A stretch of DNA of 63,852 nt, the filler included, from Octopus bimaculoides (taxonomy: Eukaryota): assembly GCF_001194135.2 (NCBI RefSeq). It is 5 parts of 5 records of this genome, joined end to end, with 100 filler letters (N's around TTAATTAATTAA, not from the genome) between each part and the next. Parts side by side here need not be neighbours in the genome. Positions count along the whole stretch, not along the records: positions 1 to 30,447 come from NC_069000.1; positions 30,548 to 38,374 come from NW_026334487.1; positions 38,475 to 56,936 come from NC_068996.1; 2 more parts are not named here. One strand, written 5' to 3'. This document shows, in pieces, positions 25,350 through 38,680 of the stretch. The notes beneath the pieces are model-generated. The model was not told the DNA's origin and made no database searches. It worked only from the letters and a program-made list of their open reading frames with translations. How positions within the stretch are numbered: position 1 is the stretch's first letter; every line of letters starts with the position of its first letter. The position numbers and the translations under genes were made by a program.

Positions 25350-26904
25350 GTAAGTACAATAACAAAGGCATGCTTGACAATTTGAACTATTATCTCATAT
25401 TTCTAGAAAAAACTGCATTGCAAAATTTTGATATAAGACGGAAATTTCTGTGAGCCATCAAATTATGTTTTTAGATATTGTTTATTGTTCTGTCTCAAAA
25501 CATTTTGGCAGCATTCATGAGTTTGATCTGTAATCCATTATTTCTTCGCTTGATTTATATTTTGTGTCTTTTTATAATATTTATAGTTTTGCTACATCTG
25601 TGTATCAAATTTGAATGCATATTTTTTCGATTTATTTATTTATTATACTTTAAAATCATCCTTCCGGTTAAGTCATGTTATTAAATTGAAAGCTCTGAAT
25701 TAGAAGTGCAAAAAGCAAGAAATAAAATTTCAATAATAGTAAATTTAGAAAGATCTAGTAAATGCAGCATAGGGATTATAAACTTATAAAATATTTCACA
25801 TTTTTGCATTTAATCCTTCATAAACACCTACTATAATCCGAGTGTCAGTTCCAAGAAAATAGGTGTGGGTGTGTACGTGTGTGTGTGAGAGTGTACGAGA
25901 CTCTGTGTGTCGGGGTATGAAACACAACTGGCTGTCGAGAGCTTCTAGAAGGCAACTTAAAGTATATGTTGGTATATGCATCTGCATGCGCGAATGTGAA
26001 TACAAAAATTCCTATAATGATAAGTATTTGTGTTCGAGCAAAAATGGAATTTCCGGCGTTATTGTTAATTCTATTGTCACAATTGTTTCAATACAACACA
26101 GGAAATAAACTTTTTTGATAACAAAAATATTAACGCAAAAAAAGGGATCGCACACACGCACAGGAACTTTTCAGCCCCCCCCCCACATGTTTAAAGGAGA
26201 CAATCATTACGTTACCAATAAATGACCAGCCATATCATTTGGGCATACTCATGTGTTTGTGGTTAAGCTGTTCACTTTGTAATGTCTGCTTTGCGATTGA
26301 CTACGAACAAACGGAACTTGGGAAACTAAATACTGCTGTAGCTTCATACTACCTAATTCATTTGGAACTGCAACGTAAACACGGTACCTACAGCTGCATG
26401 TTACACCAAATCTTTCGTTCAACGTAACCAAAGCAGTTCTGATTTTTTTGGTCCTACCTGCTGCAAACCAGGACTTGACTCCGGTCTAATCAGGATCTCC
26501 ACTTGCCCACCCCATTCTGGATCCAAACCTCGTCGAAGTCAACTATTTTCTGCACGATTTAGTTGTTGACAGAAAAAAAATTACCAAACTTGATGGATTG
26601 GTGGAAATGTAAGAATGTCATAACATGCATTTCGTCATTTATTGCGGCTTTGTGAATTCCGGGTTCGAATTCTGTGAAGCTTACTTGTGCGGTATACCGA
26701 AACTGTCAGCAGGCGTATCATTACCATCTGAAATATTGGGGGCTTTATGTGGTGTTCACTCTGTTGCAAGCGTTTCTGTTGGTGTTCACTCTGTTGCAAG
26801 CAGTTACGTTGTTTCCAATGTGGGGAAGCGACCGAGATCAGACTATTCTCCTAGGGGCGACACCAGATTGTCGTAGCCTTCCTTATATAGAGCTGAGGAG
26901 ACTA

Positions 26905-27022
26905 GAGCGAGGTGGAATGAATGTTTTGCTCAAGAACCCAACATGCTGCCAATCGTGGAATAGAAATTGCGATATTCCAGTCGGGAGCGTCACACCCTTA
27001 ACACTAAGCCACGCGCCTTCAG
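26905..27022 (-). mobile_element. SINE family D-like 5' fragment
   Basis: TTTTGCTCAAGAACCCAAC...CACCCTTAACACTAAGCCACGCGCCTTCA. Confidence 0.6.
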
Positions 27023-27974
27023 TTACCCTGAATAAACAATAAGTACAGAGCAATAAATATGCTCAGAAAAGAATCATAAATGCTATCGTTTCCTCTCGTT
27101 TGAAGCCTCAAAAATATCAATTTACTTAATATATATATTATTTAAATTTCCTCGACTCTTCTATAGCATTTTATACCAACACATGCATTGGTAAATTAAA
27201 TATCATTAACATAGGATATCTATAAACATAAAGTAAAAATTATGAAACGCTTCTTGTGTTCTTTATACATGCATACCTATATGTATGTATGAGTGTGTGT
27301 TTTTGTGTGTGCATGCGTGTGTATACCTTCCATTAGAAAATTCACTTTCATTTACTTCCTATATTTATTGCGAACATATTAAGAAGAGAAGAGACATGTC
27401 AGTCTTCAAACAATATAATGCATACATTAAATGTAACAAGACGTTAAAGACACCTTCCCTACAAATACAGTTCTGTATTATAATTGCCAACAATAAAGTA
27501 AAAGAAAAAAGTATATTTAAGACGAAGAAAAAACTTGACGTTTAGTAATGAATAGGATTTGACAGCATTAAACAGACTGTAAACAGATGTCAACGAAATG
27601 AAACCTTTAATGATGCATATAGAACATAAGCTTCCTGGAACATCCAAAGAGCTAATTAAGTATTATATAACTGTCCAATGCATTATTGTTTTCATTTTGA
27701 TTTTTGGTTATTTTTATCATCACATTTACTACTGAATGTATCTTCAATAGATCGAAGTAGACAGCTTGCTATTAAATTAACTACAACACACTTATGCATG
27801 TAAATCGTCAAGACAAATATGGCTCCATATGTTAACAAGAAAGCCGTAATGTTAAGTCTTTGTTCTAATATATATTCACATCGATTTGTATCTAATCATA
27901 CAGGAAATAAAACATATGTTCACATTCATAGAAAATGTAATTTACTTAACTACTTTTTATATCTGCAGCATACA

Positions 27975-28200
<226 letters not shown>

Positions 28201-30040
28201 CAAAGATAGATTAGTATTTTCCAATATGCGTAGGCATATATATATAAGGGGTATTGTGCTGTTGATGTAGTATTGACAAAGACAAAACATTAAGATTTAC
28301 ACTGAATTCCTCATTTCATCGACATTTCTTACAAGAATATTTCTTAAATGCTTGCGGTAGATTGGTAGAACCATTGGAACGTTAGACGAAATATCTTTCG
28401 GCGCTTACCTACGGTCTTATCTACGCTTTGCGATCGAATGGCGCTGAGTTGAAGTTTACCGTATACTCCCCCTTGTTGAACGAACTTGTTACAATTAATT
28501 GAACAAACTTTCATTTAATTGATTATCTCGTTTACGTAAAAAATGTTCTTCTGTTAATTTTAAGGATGCATAATGTCATTAATCAAATCTTTAATACATT
28601 AGTGGAGACACATAATCTTTAGACTGTCGGATATTTATGCTATCTAAATAGTCCTTTAGTTATTGAGTTCATAGCTACTTTTTACACAAACGTGTTTTAT
28701 ACAGTTAAGTACTCATTGATATCCTTATAAATAATTCTAGACGAAAATGGACATGTGTTTGTTTGTATCTTTGACCATATATCTTGTCAAGATCTGAATC
28801 TCGAAAAAAGAGTTTGTTTTACCATTTCATTCATAAGTTTGGCATTTCCTCTCAGGTCATAAACGCTGGTTTTATCTCCTTGGGATCAGTGGGTGCCTGG
28901 CAACTTATTGTATCAACTCTACCCATCATGCATGCCTGGGAAAGCTTACAACCATGATTGAACTAAATATAAGACGTTGTCAACGGGCAGATGCATTAGT
29001 GAAAGAGACACCAATGTGTCTTGCCGGCCTGTTCCACAGTTTACCCCAAACTTCTTTACATTCTTCTGCATCTGGAATCAGTTCGTGGAGTTTGCATCCC
29101 TTTATTTCCTCAAATAGACGTATTCTATTTGATTAGAACAGTCTGTTCTGTTCGAAAACTTCGCATCTCCCATATCTTTTCAATTAGCCATAATTGTTAT
29201 CTTTTATATCAATTCTTCGTGCACAGTTTGATACCTCCTTTATTCTGAGCTGTACTGTCCCAGTCAATTTTCTGATTACCACACTATTCTCCAGCTCACC
29301 TCTCATTGGGTAATGGGGTCTATAGATTAAGTACCAGCTGTATACTGACTGGATGTAATCAACTAGTCTTATCCTCCAAAGTTTCAGGATTACTATTGTT
29401 GTTGTTAATACCAAAGTATTAAAAGATAGATACATTTACACTGTTGAATATTTCATAAATTTCAAAATCTCCTCTATACCATGATTCGTCGTTAAATATA
29501 TACAAATATATATCTATATATTATCTACAAATCCAATGACTGAATTGAATTTAAATATATCCGAAGTGTAAAATTAAATACCTATAATTATAATATAATC
29601 GTATTCGGCGTTCATCTAAATAAAATAGATATTCTTCTGAATAGAAGATGAATTCATTACAGAATGAACAATGTGAATTAGATTTTAATTATAATTTAAA
29701 ATGGTCTTCAAAATATTTGCACTTGTATACCTATACGTTTGCCCAACATGTCAGGATTCTTGTCTACTCGTGGCGTCCATAATTATCACCATGTGTGAAA
29801 GTTACTGGAACTACTTTGTTTCATTAACCACTATGATTAAAGCTTGTTTACTTGAGCAATTATTTCACTCGTGTGGTCGTTATGACACTAATTATTTACA
29901 ATCTAAATCTATCTATCTATCTATCTATCTATGTATATCGATCTATATTGCTGTCCTACAATACGTATGCACAGACAAACCTACATACATATACTACATA
30001 TTCACGCATTACAGTCACACATGCAATACGTATGTATGTT

Positions 30041-30080
<40 letters not shown>

Positions 30081-30402
30081 TGGAAAAACATCAATGTAGG
30101 TTATGCTAAAATAATTTCATAAAAAAAACATTTCAGCACCGGTTTCGGTCATTGAGACATTTTCAAATGTAAGAATAAAAAACAAAAATTTAATTTTGCA
30201 AAAATTAAATGAAAAGTATTTCAAAAGAATATTTGTAAAGTATTCAAATAGAAGAGCCTTCGAAGAGATTCAGTGAAGTTTTATAGCTTTCATATAATAA
30301 CCCTATCTATCCGCTCTAACCATCGTACCCGTTCCTATATGAGATAATGTTTCGCTTGTTCTAAATGCATTAAATTTGAATATCACCACGCGTCTAACAA
30401 CC

Positions 30403-30447
<45 letters not shown>

Positions 30448-30547
30448 NNNNNNNNNNNNNNNNNNNNNNNNNNNNNNNNNNNNNNNNNNNNTTAATTAAT
30501 TAANNNNNNNNNNNNNNNNNNNNNNNNNNNNNNNNNNNNNNNNNNNN
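30448..30547. other. Artificial scaffold spacer N44-TTAATTAATTAA-N44
   Basis: Exactly 100 bp; six-frame stop linker at 30492-30503. Confidence 0.95.
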
Positions 30548-30592
<45 letters not shown>

Positions 30593-30632
30593 AAATACAT
30601 ACGTCTATGTAGATATATATATATATGTATAA

Positions 30633-31084
30633 CATCATCATCATCATCATTTAACGTCCGTTTTCCATGCTAGCATGGGTTGGACGATTTGACTGAGGAC
30701 TGGTGAACCAGATGACTGCACCAGGTTCCAATCTGATGTGGCACAGTTCCTACAGCTGGATGCCCTTCCTAATGCCAACCACTCTGAGAGTGTCATGGGT
30801 GCTTTTACATGCCACCAGCGTGAGGGCCAGTCAGGCGGTTCTGGCAATGACCACGCTCAAAATGGTGTATTTTACGTGCCACATACACAGGAGCCAGTCC
30901 AATGTTTAGTTCACATGCCACTGGCACGAGTGCCAGTAAGGCGAAGCTGGAAACGATTGCACTCAAACGGCACGGAAGTGAGACCGCTGCTCAGGTAGTG
31001 ATCCTGCTCGGATGGTGCTGTTAGCACTCCACTGGCACGGAATTTGGTTCAGTTTCGATCTCACTTGTCCTAACAGGTTTTTGC
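30633..31084 (-). mobile_element. SINE/LINE-derived family C with (GAT)n tail on the minus strand
   Basis: (CAT)n-TTAACGTCCGTTTTCCATGCTAGCATGGGTTGGACG...CTACAGCTGGATGCCCTTCC; shared with 40615, 49436 and 58708. Strand inferred from the tail. Confidence 0.85.
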
Positions 31085-31111
31085 ATACATATATATATAT
31101 GTGTATAAATA

Positions 31112-31203
<92 letters not shown>

Positions 31204-31227
31204 TCTTATGTGCTTAAATGTACACTG

Positions 31228-31269
<42 letters not shown>

Positions 31270-31577
31270 AATTTGACAGTTAAATATAGCATTATACAGA
31301 AATGTTGACATAGGAATAAATTTCAATAATAATGGATATTAGCGTCAAAACTCTCTTTTAAATTTTAAATTTTTGATATATAACCAAGGAGATCGATCCT
31401 TAAGGAGTCTACTTTAGACCTTTGGGGGAGAAATCTCTTGCTATTTTGGTAGCAATTGCATGTTTTTCTCATCAACACATTGTGGAGATATCATATGAAC
31501 ATATATATATATATATATATTTTAGCATATGTGTGTGTGTGTATATATTTACACTTATGTTTGGAGTTTTATTTTTC

Positions 31578-31963
31578 ATGCTTGCTGGCCATGCTGGGGC
31601 ATCGTTTTGAAGTGTTTAGTCAAACAAGTCAACTGCAGGACCTATTATCCTAAGCTTAGTAACTTATTTTATCAGTCACTTTTGCCGCAGCGTTAAGTTA
31701 CTGCGACATGAACACACCTTCACCAGTTGTCAAGCAAGTGTGGGCGCCAAGCACACACTCACACACACATATACATTTACGAGGGGCTTCTTTCAGTTTC
31801 CATCTACCAGATCCACACAGAAGGGCTCTAGTTGCCCCAAAACTGTAATAAAAAACACATTCCCGAGGTTCCTCAAGGTGGGACTGAACCCGGAACAATG
31901 CGGTTGGGAAGCAAACTTCTTACCACAAATCCACGCATGCGCTTATGCTACACTCGCACCTGC
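31578..31963 (+). mobile_element. SINE family B, diverged
   Basis: GGCCATGCTGGGGCA...GGGCTTCTTTCAGTTTCCATCTACC...GGGACTGAACCCGGAAC. Confidence 0.85.
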
Positions 31964-32172
31964 ATAAACTGAACGTTTCGGCGCTGAACTAATGTAAATT
32001 TAGTGGAGCAAGAGCAGATAACCTCTGTAAAATCGGATCACAATTACCTCCCCTGTATCGTCCGTTAAGTCTTTTTCAAAACGTAAAGAATCGTCTTAGA
32101 AATAGCAGCCAATACAGCCAGAAATCGAATCGTTGTGAGTGAAAAAAGGAAGTACGCATTACAGGATGTACT

Positions 32173-32545
32173 CCTAGATACACTATGCCTGAATAGAAGA
32201 TGGAATGATCACAGGTAGAACATCTTTAGTCATAGGTCTGTCTGGATCAGGACTGACCTGGGGCTAAAACTATAGCTATTAATACTAACTCCTATACTGT
32301 ACATTCGATAATGTAGTCCTAGATACACTATGCCTGAATAAAAGATGGGATGGTCACAGGTGGAACATCTTTGATCATAGGTCTGCCTGGATCAGGACTG
32401 ACCTGGGGCTAAATAGCAACAACGACTATAAACTATGCTATACACTAAGATAGTATAGTCCCAGATACACTATGCCTCAATAAAAGTTGTGATGGTCACG
32501 GATGCAACGTCTTTGATCATAGCTCTGTCTGGATTTACTAGCCTC
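32173..32545. repeat. Three tandem copies of a ~143-bp unit
   Basis: CC(T/C)AGATACACTATGCCT starts at 32173, 32318 and 32460, each followed by ...CATAG(G/C)TCTG(T/C)CTGGAT. Confidence 0.85.
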
Positions 32546-32629
32546 AGTCTGTCTGTCTGTCAATTTATCCATCCATCCATCTATCGATTGATGTATGTAT
32601 ATCTCCCTCTCCCCTTCTCTCTCTCTATC

Positions 32630-32672
<43 letters not shown>

Positions 32673-32751
32673 GTCTCTGTCTATCTATCTATCTATCTAT
32701 CTGTCTATCTCTCTCTCTCTGTCTATCTATCTATCTATCTATCTATCTCTG

Positions 32752-32786
<35 letters not shown>

Positions 32787-32789
32787 CTG

Positions 32790-32820
<31 letters not shown>

Positions 32821-33098
32821 GTCTGTCTGTCTGTGTCTGTCTATCTATCTATCTATCTCTGTCTGTCTGTCTGTGTATCAATCAATCAATCTATCAATCA
32901 ATCAATCTGTCTATCCACCCACCCACCCACTCACCCTATATGTGCCTGTCTGTCATTCTGTCTATCTATGCATCTTTCTATCTATCAAGTTAGCTATGTC
33001 TGTCTGTCTGTCTGTCTGTCTCTCTGGCTGACACATGTGCTCTCTTTCTCTTTCTCTCTCTCTCAATCAATCTCTCACTCTCTCTGTCCGTCTGTCCG

Positions 33099-33130
<32 letters not shown>

Positions 33131-33574
33131 ACTCTCTCTCTTTCTCCCCCCCCGTCTCCCTACCCACCAACCTACCTACCTACATACCAAACTATTTCCC
33201 TGAAAGATTCCTGTCGTTCACCCCCNNNNNNNNNNNNNNNNNNNNNNNNNNNNNNNNNNNNNNNNNNNNNNNNNNNNNNNNNNNNNNNNNNNNNNNNNNN
33301 NNNNNNNNNNNNNNNNNNNNNNNNNNNNNNNNNNNNNNNNNNNNNNNNNNNNNNNNNNNNNNNNNNNNNNNNNNNNNNNNNNNNNNNNNNNNNNNNNNNN
33401 NNNNNNNNNNNNNNNNNNNNNNNNNNNNNNNNNNNNNNNNNNNNNNNNNNNNNNNNNNNNNNNNNNNNNNNNNNNNNNNNNNNNNNNNNNNNNNNNNNNN
33501 NNNNNNNNNNNNNNNNNNCCCCTCGACTGACACAACACACACCCATATACATGTATATGTATTTATATATACAT

Positions 33575-33608
<34 letters not shown>

Positions 33609-33939
33609 ATACATAAACACACGCATACATACACTCACACACACATACATACACACACACACATAAACGTATACACACTCTTGTGTGTGTGAGTGTCTCT
33701 CTCTCTCTCTCTCTCTCTCACATATATGTATATGCATATACGTACACATAGTCTCTCCCCTTTCTCTCTCTCTCTCTCACACACACACACGCACACACAC
33801 ACATACACAGTTACACACTCATACATACATACACATGCACACACATACACATATATACAGACACACACTCACATAGACTCATACATATACACACACATAC
33901 ATACATGCATACATACATACATACACACACACACACATA

Positions 33940-33983
<44 letters not shown>
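32546..33983. repeat. Large compound microsatellite (CTGT/CTAT/CT/CA/TA) with internal gap
   Basis: Direct reading; source of many spurious ORFs. Confidence 0.9.
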
Positions 33984-34872
33984 NNNNNNNNNNNNNNNNN
34001 NNNNNNNNNNNNNNNNNNNNNNNNNNNNNNNNNNNNNNNNNNNNNNNNNNNNNNNNNNNNNNNNNNNNNNNNNNNNNNNNNNNNNNNNNNNNNNNNNNNN
34101 NNNNNNNNNNNNNNNNNNNNNNNNNNNNNNNNNNNNNNNNNNNNNNNNNNNNNNNNNNNNNNNNNNNNNNNNNNNNNNNNNNNNNNNNNNNNNNNNNNNN
34201 NNNNNNNNNNNNNNNNNNNNNNNNNNNNNNNNNNNNNNNNNNNNNNNNNNNNNNNNNNNNNNNNNNNNNNNNNNNNNNNNNNNNNNNNNNNNNNNNNNNN
34301 NNNNNNNNNNNNNNNNNNNNNNNNNNNNNNNNNNNNNNNNNNNNNNNNNNNNNNNNNNNNNNNNNNNNNNNNNNNNNNNNNNNNNNNNNNNNNNNNNNNN
34401 NNNNNNNNNNNNNNNNNNNNNNNNNNNNNNNNNNNNNNNNNNNNNNNNNNNNNNNNNNNNNNNNNNNNNNNNNNNNNNNNNNNNNNNNNNNNNNNNNNNN
34501 NNNNNNNNNNNNNNNNNNNNNNNNNNNNNNNNNNNNNNNNNNNNNNNNNNNNNNNNNNNNNNNNNNNNNNNNNNNNNNNNNNNNNNNNNNNNNNNNNNNN
34601 NNNNNNNNNNNNNNNNNNNNNNNNNNNNNNNNNNNNNNNNNNNNNNNNNNNNNNNNNNNNNNNNNNNNNNNNNNNNNNNNNNNNNNNNNNNNNNNNNNNN
34701 NNNNNNNNNNNNNNNNNNNNNNNNNNNNNNNNNNNNNNNNNNNNNNNNNNNNNNNNNNNNNNNNNNNNNNNNNNNNNNNNNNNNNNNNNNNNNNNNNNNN
34801 NNNNNNNNNNNNNNNNNNNNNNNNNNNNNNNNNNNNNNNNNNNNNNNNNNNNNNNNNNNNNNNNNNNNNNNN

Positions 34873-35188
34873 AGCCTATTACTTATTATATCGGTCTCTT
34901 TTACAGAACCGCTAAGTTACGGGGACGCAAACACACCAGGATCGGTTGTCAAGCGATGCTGGGGGGACAAACACAGACACACAAACATATACACGCACAT
35001 TCATATACATATATATACATATATACGACGGGCTTCTTTCAGTTTCCGTCTACCACATCCACTCACAAGGCTTTGGTCGACCCGAGGCTATAGTAGAAGA
35101 CACTTGCCCAAGGTGTCACACAGTAGGACTGAACCCAGAACCACGAGGTTGGTAAGCAAGCTATTTACCACACATCCACCCCTGCACT
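34873..35188 (+). mobile_element. SINE family B (5' end in gap)
   Basis: CCGCTAAGTTACGGGGACG...TACGACGGGCTTCTTTCAGTTTCCGTCTACC...CACTTGCCCAAGGTG. Confidence 0.9.
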
Positions 35189-35189
35189 T

Positions 35190-35252
35190 TCATCATCATT
35201 ATTATTATCATTATTATTATTATCAACATTACTACTACTATTACTACTACTA

Positions 35253-35283
<31 letters not shown>

Positions 35284-35344
35284 CATTATTGTTATCATTA
35301 TTATTATTATTAATTTTACTATTATCATCATCATTATCAATTTC

Positions 35345-35401
<57 letters not shown>
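35190..35401. repeat. (ATT/ATC/ACT)n trinucleotide tract
   Basis: Direct reading. Confidence 0.95.
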
Positions 35402-35403
<2 letters not shown>

Positions 35404-35615
35404 GGCGGTGAGCTGGCAGAATGGTTAGCATACTGGACGCAATGCTTTCTGGCATTTCATCTGCCTTTATGGTCTGAGTTCAAATTCCGCTGAGGTCGAC
35501 TTTACCTTTCATCCTTTCGGGGTCGATAAATTAAGTACCAGCTGTGTACTGGGTTGATGTAATTGACTTGTCCCCTCTCCCCAAATTCCAGGGGCTTGTA
35601 CCTATAGTAGAAAGA
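35401..35615 (+). mobile_element. SINE family A, full length
   Basis: TAAGGCGGTGAGCTGGCAGAA...GAGTTCAAATTCCGCTGAGGTCGAC...GTACCTATAGTAGAAAG. Confidence 0.9.
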
Positions 35616-35850
35616 ATTCTTGTTTTTACAAGCTGGCCCCATGCCATCGAAAATGACGGCTAATTGTAATATTTTATACTTAAACAAGGACAAATGATAG
35701 AAAACGGATGGCAAATTAAAATAATACACTTGTTAATGCTATCTCGTGGTTGTCTTTTGAGATGTGACATCAATCATTGTTCGTTACTGAAAGAACACTG
35801 GTTAGTTCATGTACAGTTACTGAAAGAATATCAGGTAAAGAATTTCTTAA

Positions 35851-36037
35851 TGCAGGAGTGGCTGTGTGGTAAGTAGCTTGCTTACCAACCACATGGTTCC
35901 AGGTTCATTCCCACTGCGTGGCACCTTGGGCAAGTGTCTTCTACTATAGCCCTGAGCCGACCAAAGCCTTGTGAGTGGATTTGGTAGACGGAAACTGAAA
36001 GAAGCCCGTCGTATATATGTATATATATAGGTATGTG

Positions 36038-36080
<43 letters not shown>

Positions 36081-36270
36081 ATACAATATGTTTGTGTGTC
36101 TGTGTTTGTCCCCCCAGCATCGCTTGACAACCGATGCTGGTGTGTTTACGTCCCCGTAACTTAGCGGTTCGGCAAAAGGGCCCCGATAGAATAAGTCCTG
36201 GGGTCGATTTGTCGACTAAAGGCGGTGCTCCAGCATGGCTGCAGTCAAATGACTGAAACAAGTAAAAGAG
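35851..36270 (-). mobile_element. SINE family B, full length, young-looking
   Basis: GCAGGAGTGGCTGTGTGGTAAGTAGCTTGC...GGCGGTGCTCCAGCATGGCTGCAGTCAAATGACTGAAACAAG. Confidence 0.92.
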
Positions 36271-36521
36271 TAAACGAGTAAATAAAATAAATTAAGGAAA
36301 TGTATAAACTTTTAAATGAAGATGTGTATTTATAATATACTTTTCAAACAAAACAGATAGAAAATGGATGGTAAATCAAATTAATACACTTGTCAACGTT
36401 ATCCAGTGGTTGTCTTTTGAGATGTGACATTGATCATTGTTGGTTACTGAAAGAACACTGGTTCACACATACATTCACATACTTCCCTTGTACATGAACA
36501 CACATACACACAGAGTCGAAA

Positions 36522-36638
36522 CATCATCATCATCATCATCATCGTTTAACGTCCACATTCCATGCTGGCATGGGTTGGACAGTTTGACTGAGGACTGGTG
36601 AAACCAGATGGCTACACCAGGCTCCAATCTGATTTGGC
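36522..36638 (-). mobile_element. Family C, truncated (tail end only)
   Basis: (CAT)n-CGTTTAACGTCCAC...GGCTCCAATCTGATTTGGC. Confidence 0.85.
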
Positions 36639-38374
36639 CAAGCCCTCATCATCTTTTCCAAGTTTCCCTTGAAGAGGAAGTTGAGGGTGGAGAGGGAGGT
36701 GTTGCCTTGCAGCAAGTTTGTTGAAAGGTGGGTGAATGTTGGGAAGAATGGCCAGTGTGAAAGGACCCAATTCTGAGCATGCACCTGTGAAAAAATTAAA
36801 GAAGGGCTCTTGCCCTGGCTATTGTGAGTTTTTCACAAGGACCTTAAAGCGCTGTCCCCTATTGGGAGTTTTCGGATCTTGTTCAAAATGGGGGCCACAT
36901 TTTTCATTAATGTTTTACGTAGTGTTTTTGGTACGGAAAGACTTTCAAACTTCGTATACTTATCTATTTTGTGTTATAGAACAGAAAAAAAATTTTGTAT
37001 TCGAATTTATTTCATGTAAAAAATTGTCTTATTTCGATAATTTCAACCAATCACTGACAAGTATTCAGCTGTTTACACTTACTCCTTTGGCTGATTAAGC
37101 GATGTAAAGCATATTTAATCTCCATTACTTCTGACATTTTGCAGAGAGGCAACACACGTGTGTTCGTTTTCCCTAACCGACTTGCTCCTTCCCTCAAAAA
37201 CCATGCCTTGTGCCTATAATAGAAAGGTTTATTAGCTACTGCCAATACGCTTCAGCNNNNNNNNNNNNNNNNNNNNNNNNNNNNNNNNNNNNNNNNNNNN
37301 NNNNNNNNNNNNNNNNNNNNNNNNNNNNNNNNNNNNNNNNNNNNNNNNNNNNNNNNNNNNNNNNNNNNNNNNNNNNNNNNNNNNNNNNNNNNNNNNNNNN
37401 NNNNNNNNNNNNNNNNNNNNNNNNNNNNNNNNNNNNNNNNNNNNNNNNNNNNNNNNNNNNNNNNNNNNNNNNNNNNNNNNNNNNNNNNNNNNNNNNNNNN
37501 NNNNNNNNNNNNNNNNNNNNNNNNNNNNNNNNNNNNNNNNNNNNNNNNNNNNNNNNNNNNNNNNNNNNNNNNNNNNNNNNNNNNNNNNNNNNNNNNNNNN
37601 NCTGATAAGGGTACACCAGGCACATGCATCACAACCATATGTGCGTAACATGGTGATCTCATATCAAGATAAACAGCGCATGACCTCGCAGATGGGGCCC
37701 AGTTAGAATTTTCTTCAGGTCGAGTAGCTCCATCCTGCTCAGACAATCCCTGAATAAGGTTTGTTTAAGGATGTTGAGCAAAACACCCATGTTTCCAAAG
37801 GTGAATTATCCAAACCCCAAAGAACTCCTCTCAACACATGGCTATGATGCTCCCCCACTATTTCTGCTCATGATCAGAGATGCACATATTCGTCAGCCAC
37901 CAAGGGACATGCTCAACAGGTTAAGGTCAAACAACTGACAAGCAAATCTGTGGTATTGAGCAGAATATTTGCTGTAGGCCATCTTTTTATACCAAGACAA
38001 AACAATGTTTTGGGTCCAATTAAATAAGTACCAGTTATGAACTGGGGTCTATGTAATTGACTTAATCTCCTCCCCAAGCTGCCCTTGTGGCAAAAATTCG
38101 AAATCATCATCATCATTATCTGCATCTGTGGGAAGTTCTAAGACTTGACATAATGGTTTTTACTGTTAGCGCTTGTGCTCAAACTAAAAGTGTGTGTGTG
38201 TATATAGGTAGATATATACATACATACCAATAACAATATGTTTATGCGCAGACACACTCTCACATACATACAGACATACATACATATATATATATATACG
38301 TACATACTTACGTATATATATGTACATACTCACAAATATATATAGGTATACACACGTATATATATATATATATA

Positions 38375-38474
38375 NNNNNNNNNNNNNNNNNNNNNNNNNN
38401 NNNNNNNNNNNNNNNNNNTTAATTAATTAANNNNNNNNNNNNNNNNNNNNNNNNNNNNNNNNNNNNNNNNNNNN
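38375..38474. other. Artificial scaffold spacer N44-TTAATTAATTAA-N44
   Basis: Exactly 100 bp; linker at 38419-38430. Confidence 0.95.
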
Positions 38475-38514
38475 CCCCTCTGTGTTGAGCCCTGTGTGGC
38501 TAATAAAGAAACCT

Positions 38515-38540
38515 ATCTATCTATCTATTTATCTATCTAA

Positions 38541-38591
<51 letters not shown>

Positions 38592-38600
38592 CCTACCTAC

Positions 38601-38643
<43 letters not shown>

Positions 38644-38680
38644 CGCACGTGTCTGTCCGTCTGTCTGTCTATCTGTCCAT
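38515..38680. repeat. (ATCT)n tetranucleotide microsatellite
   Basis: Direct reading. Confidence 0.95.

Noticed and set aside
26239-27042. ORFs 26239-26427 and 26674-27042 as small membrane or secreted proteins
   Set aside because: Neither has a good ATG context or splice support. The second begins with TTG/GTG-type usage, includes the 21-bp duplication and runs into a SINE fragment.
30492-30503. TTAATTAATTAA palindrome as a biological motif (homeobox or piggyBac site)
   Set aside because: It is always centred in exactly 44+44 Ns, four times over, so it is an assembly linker.
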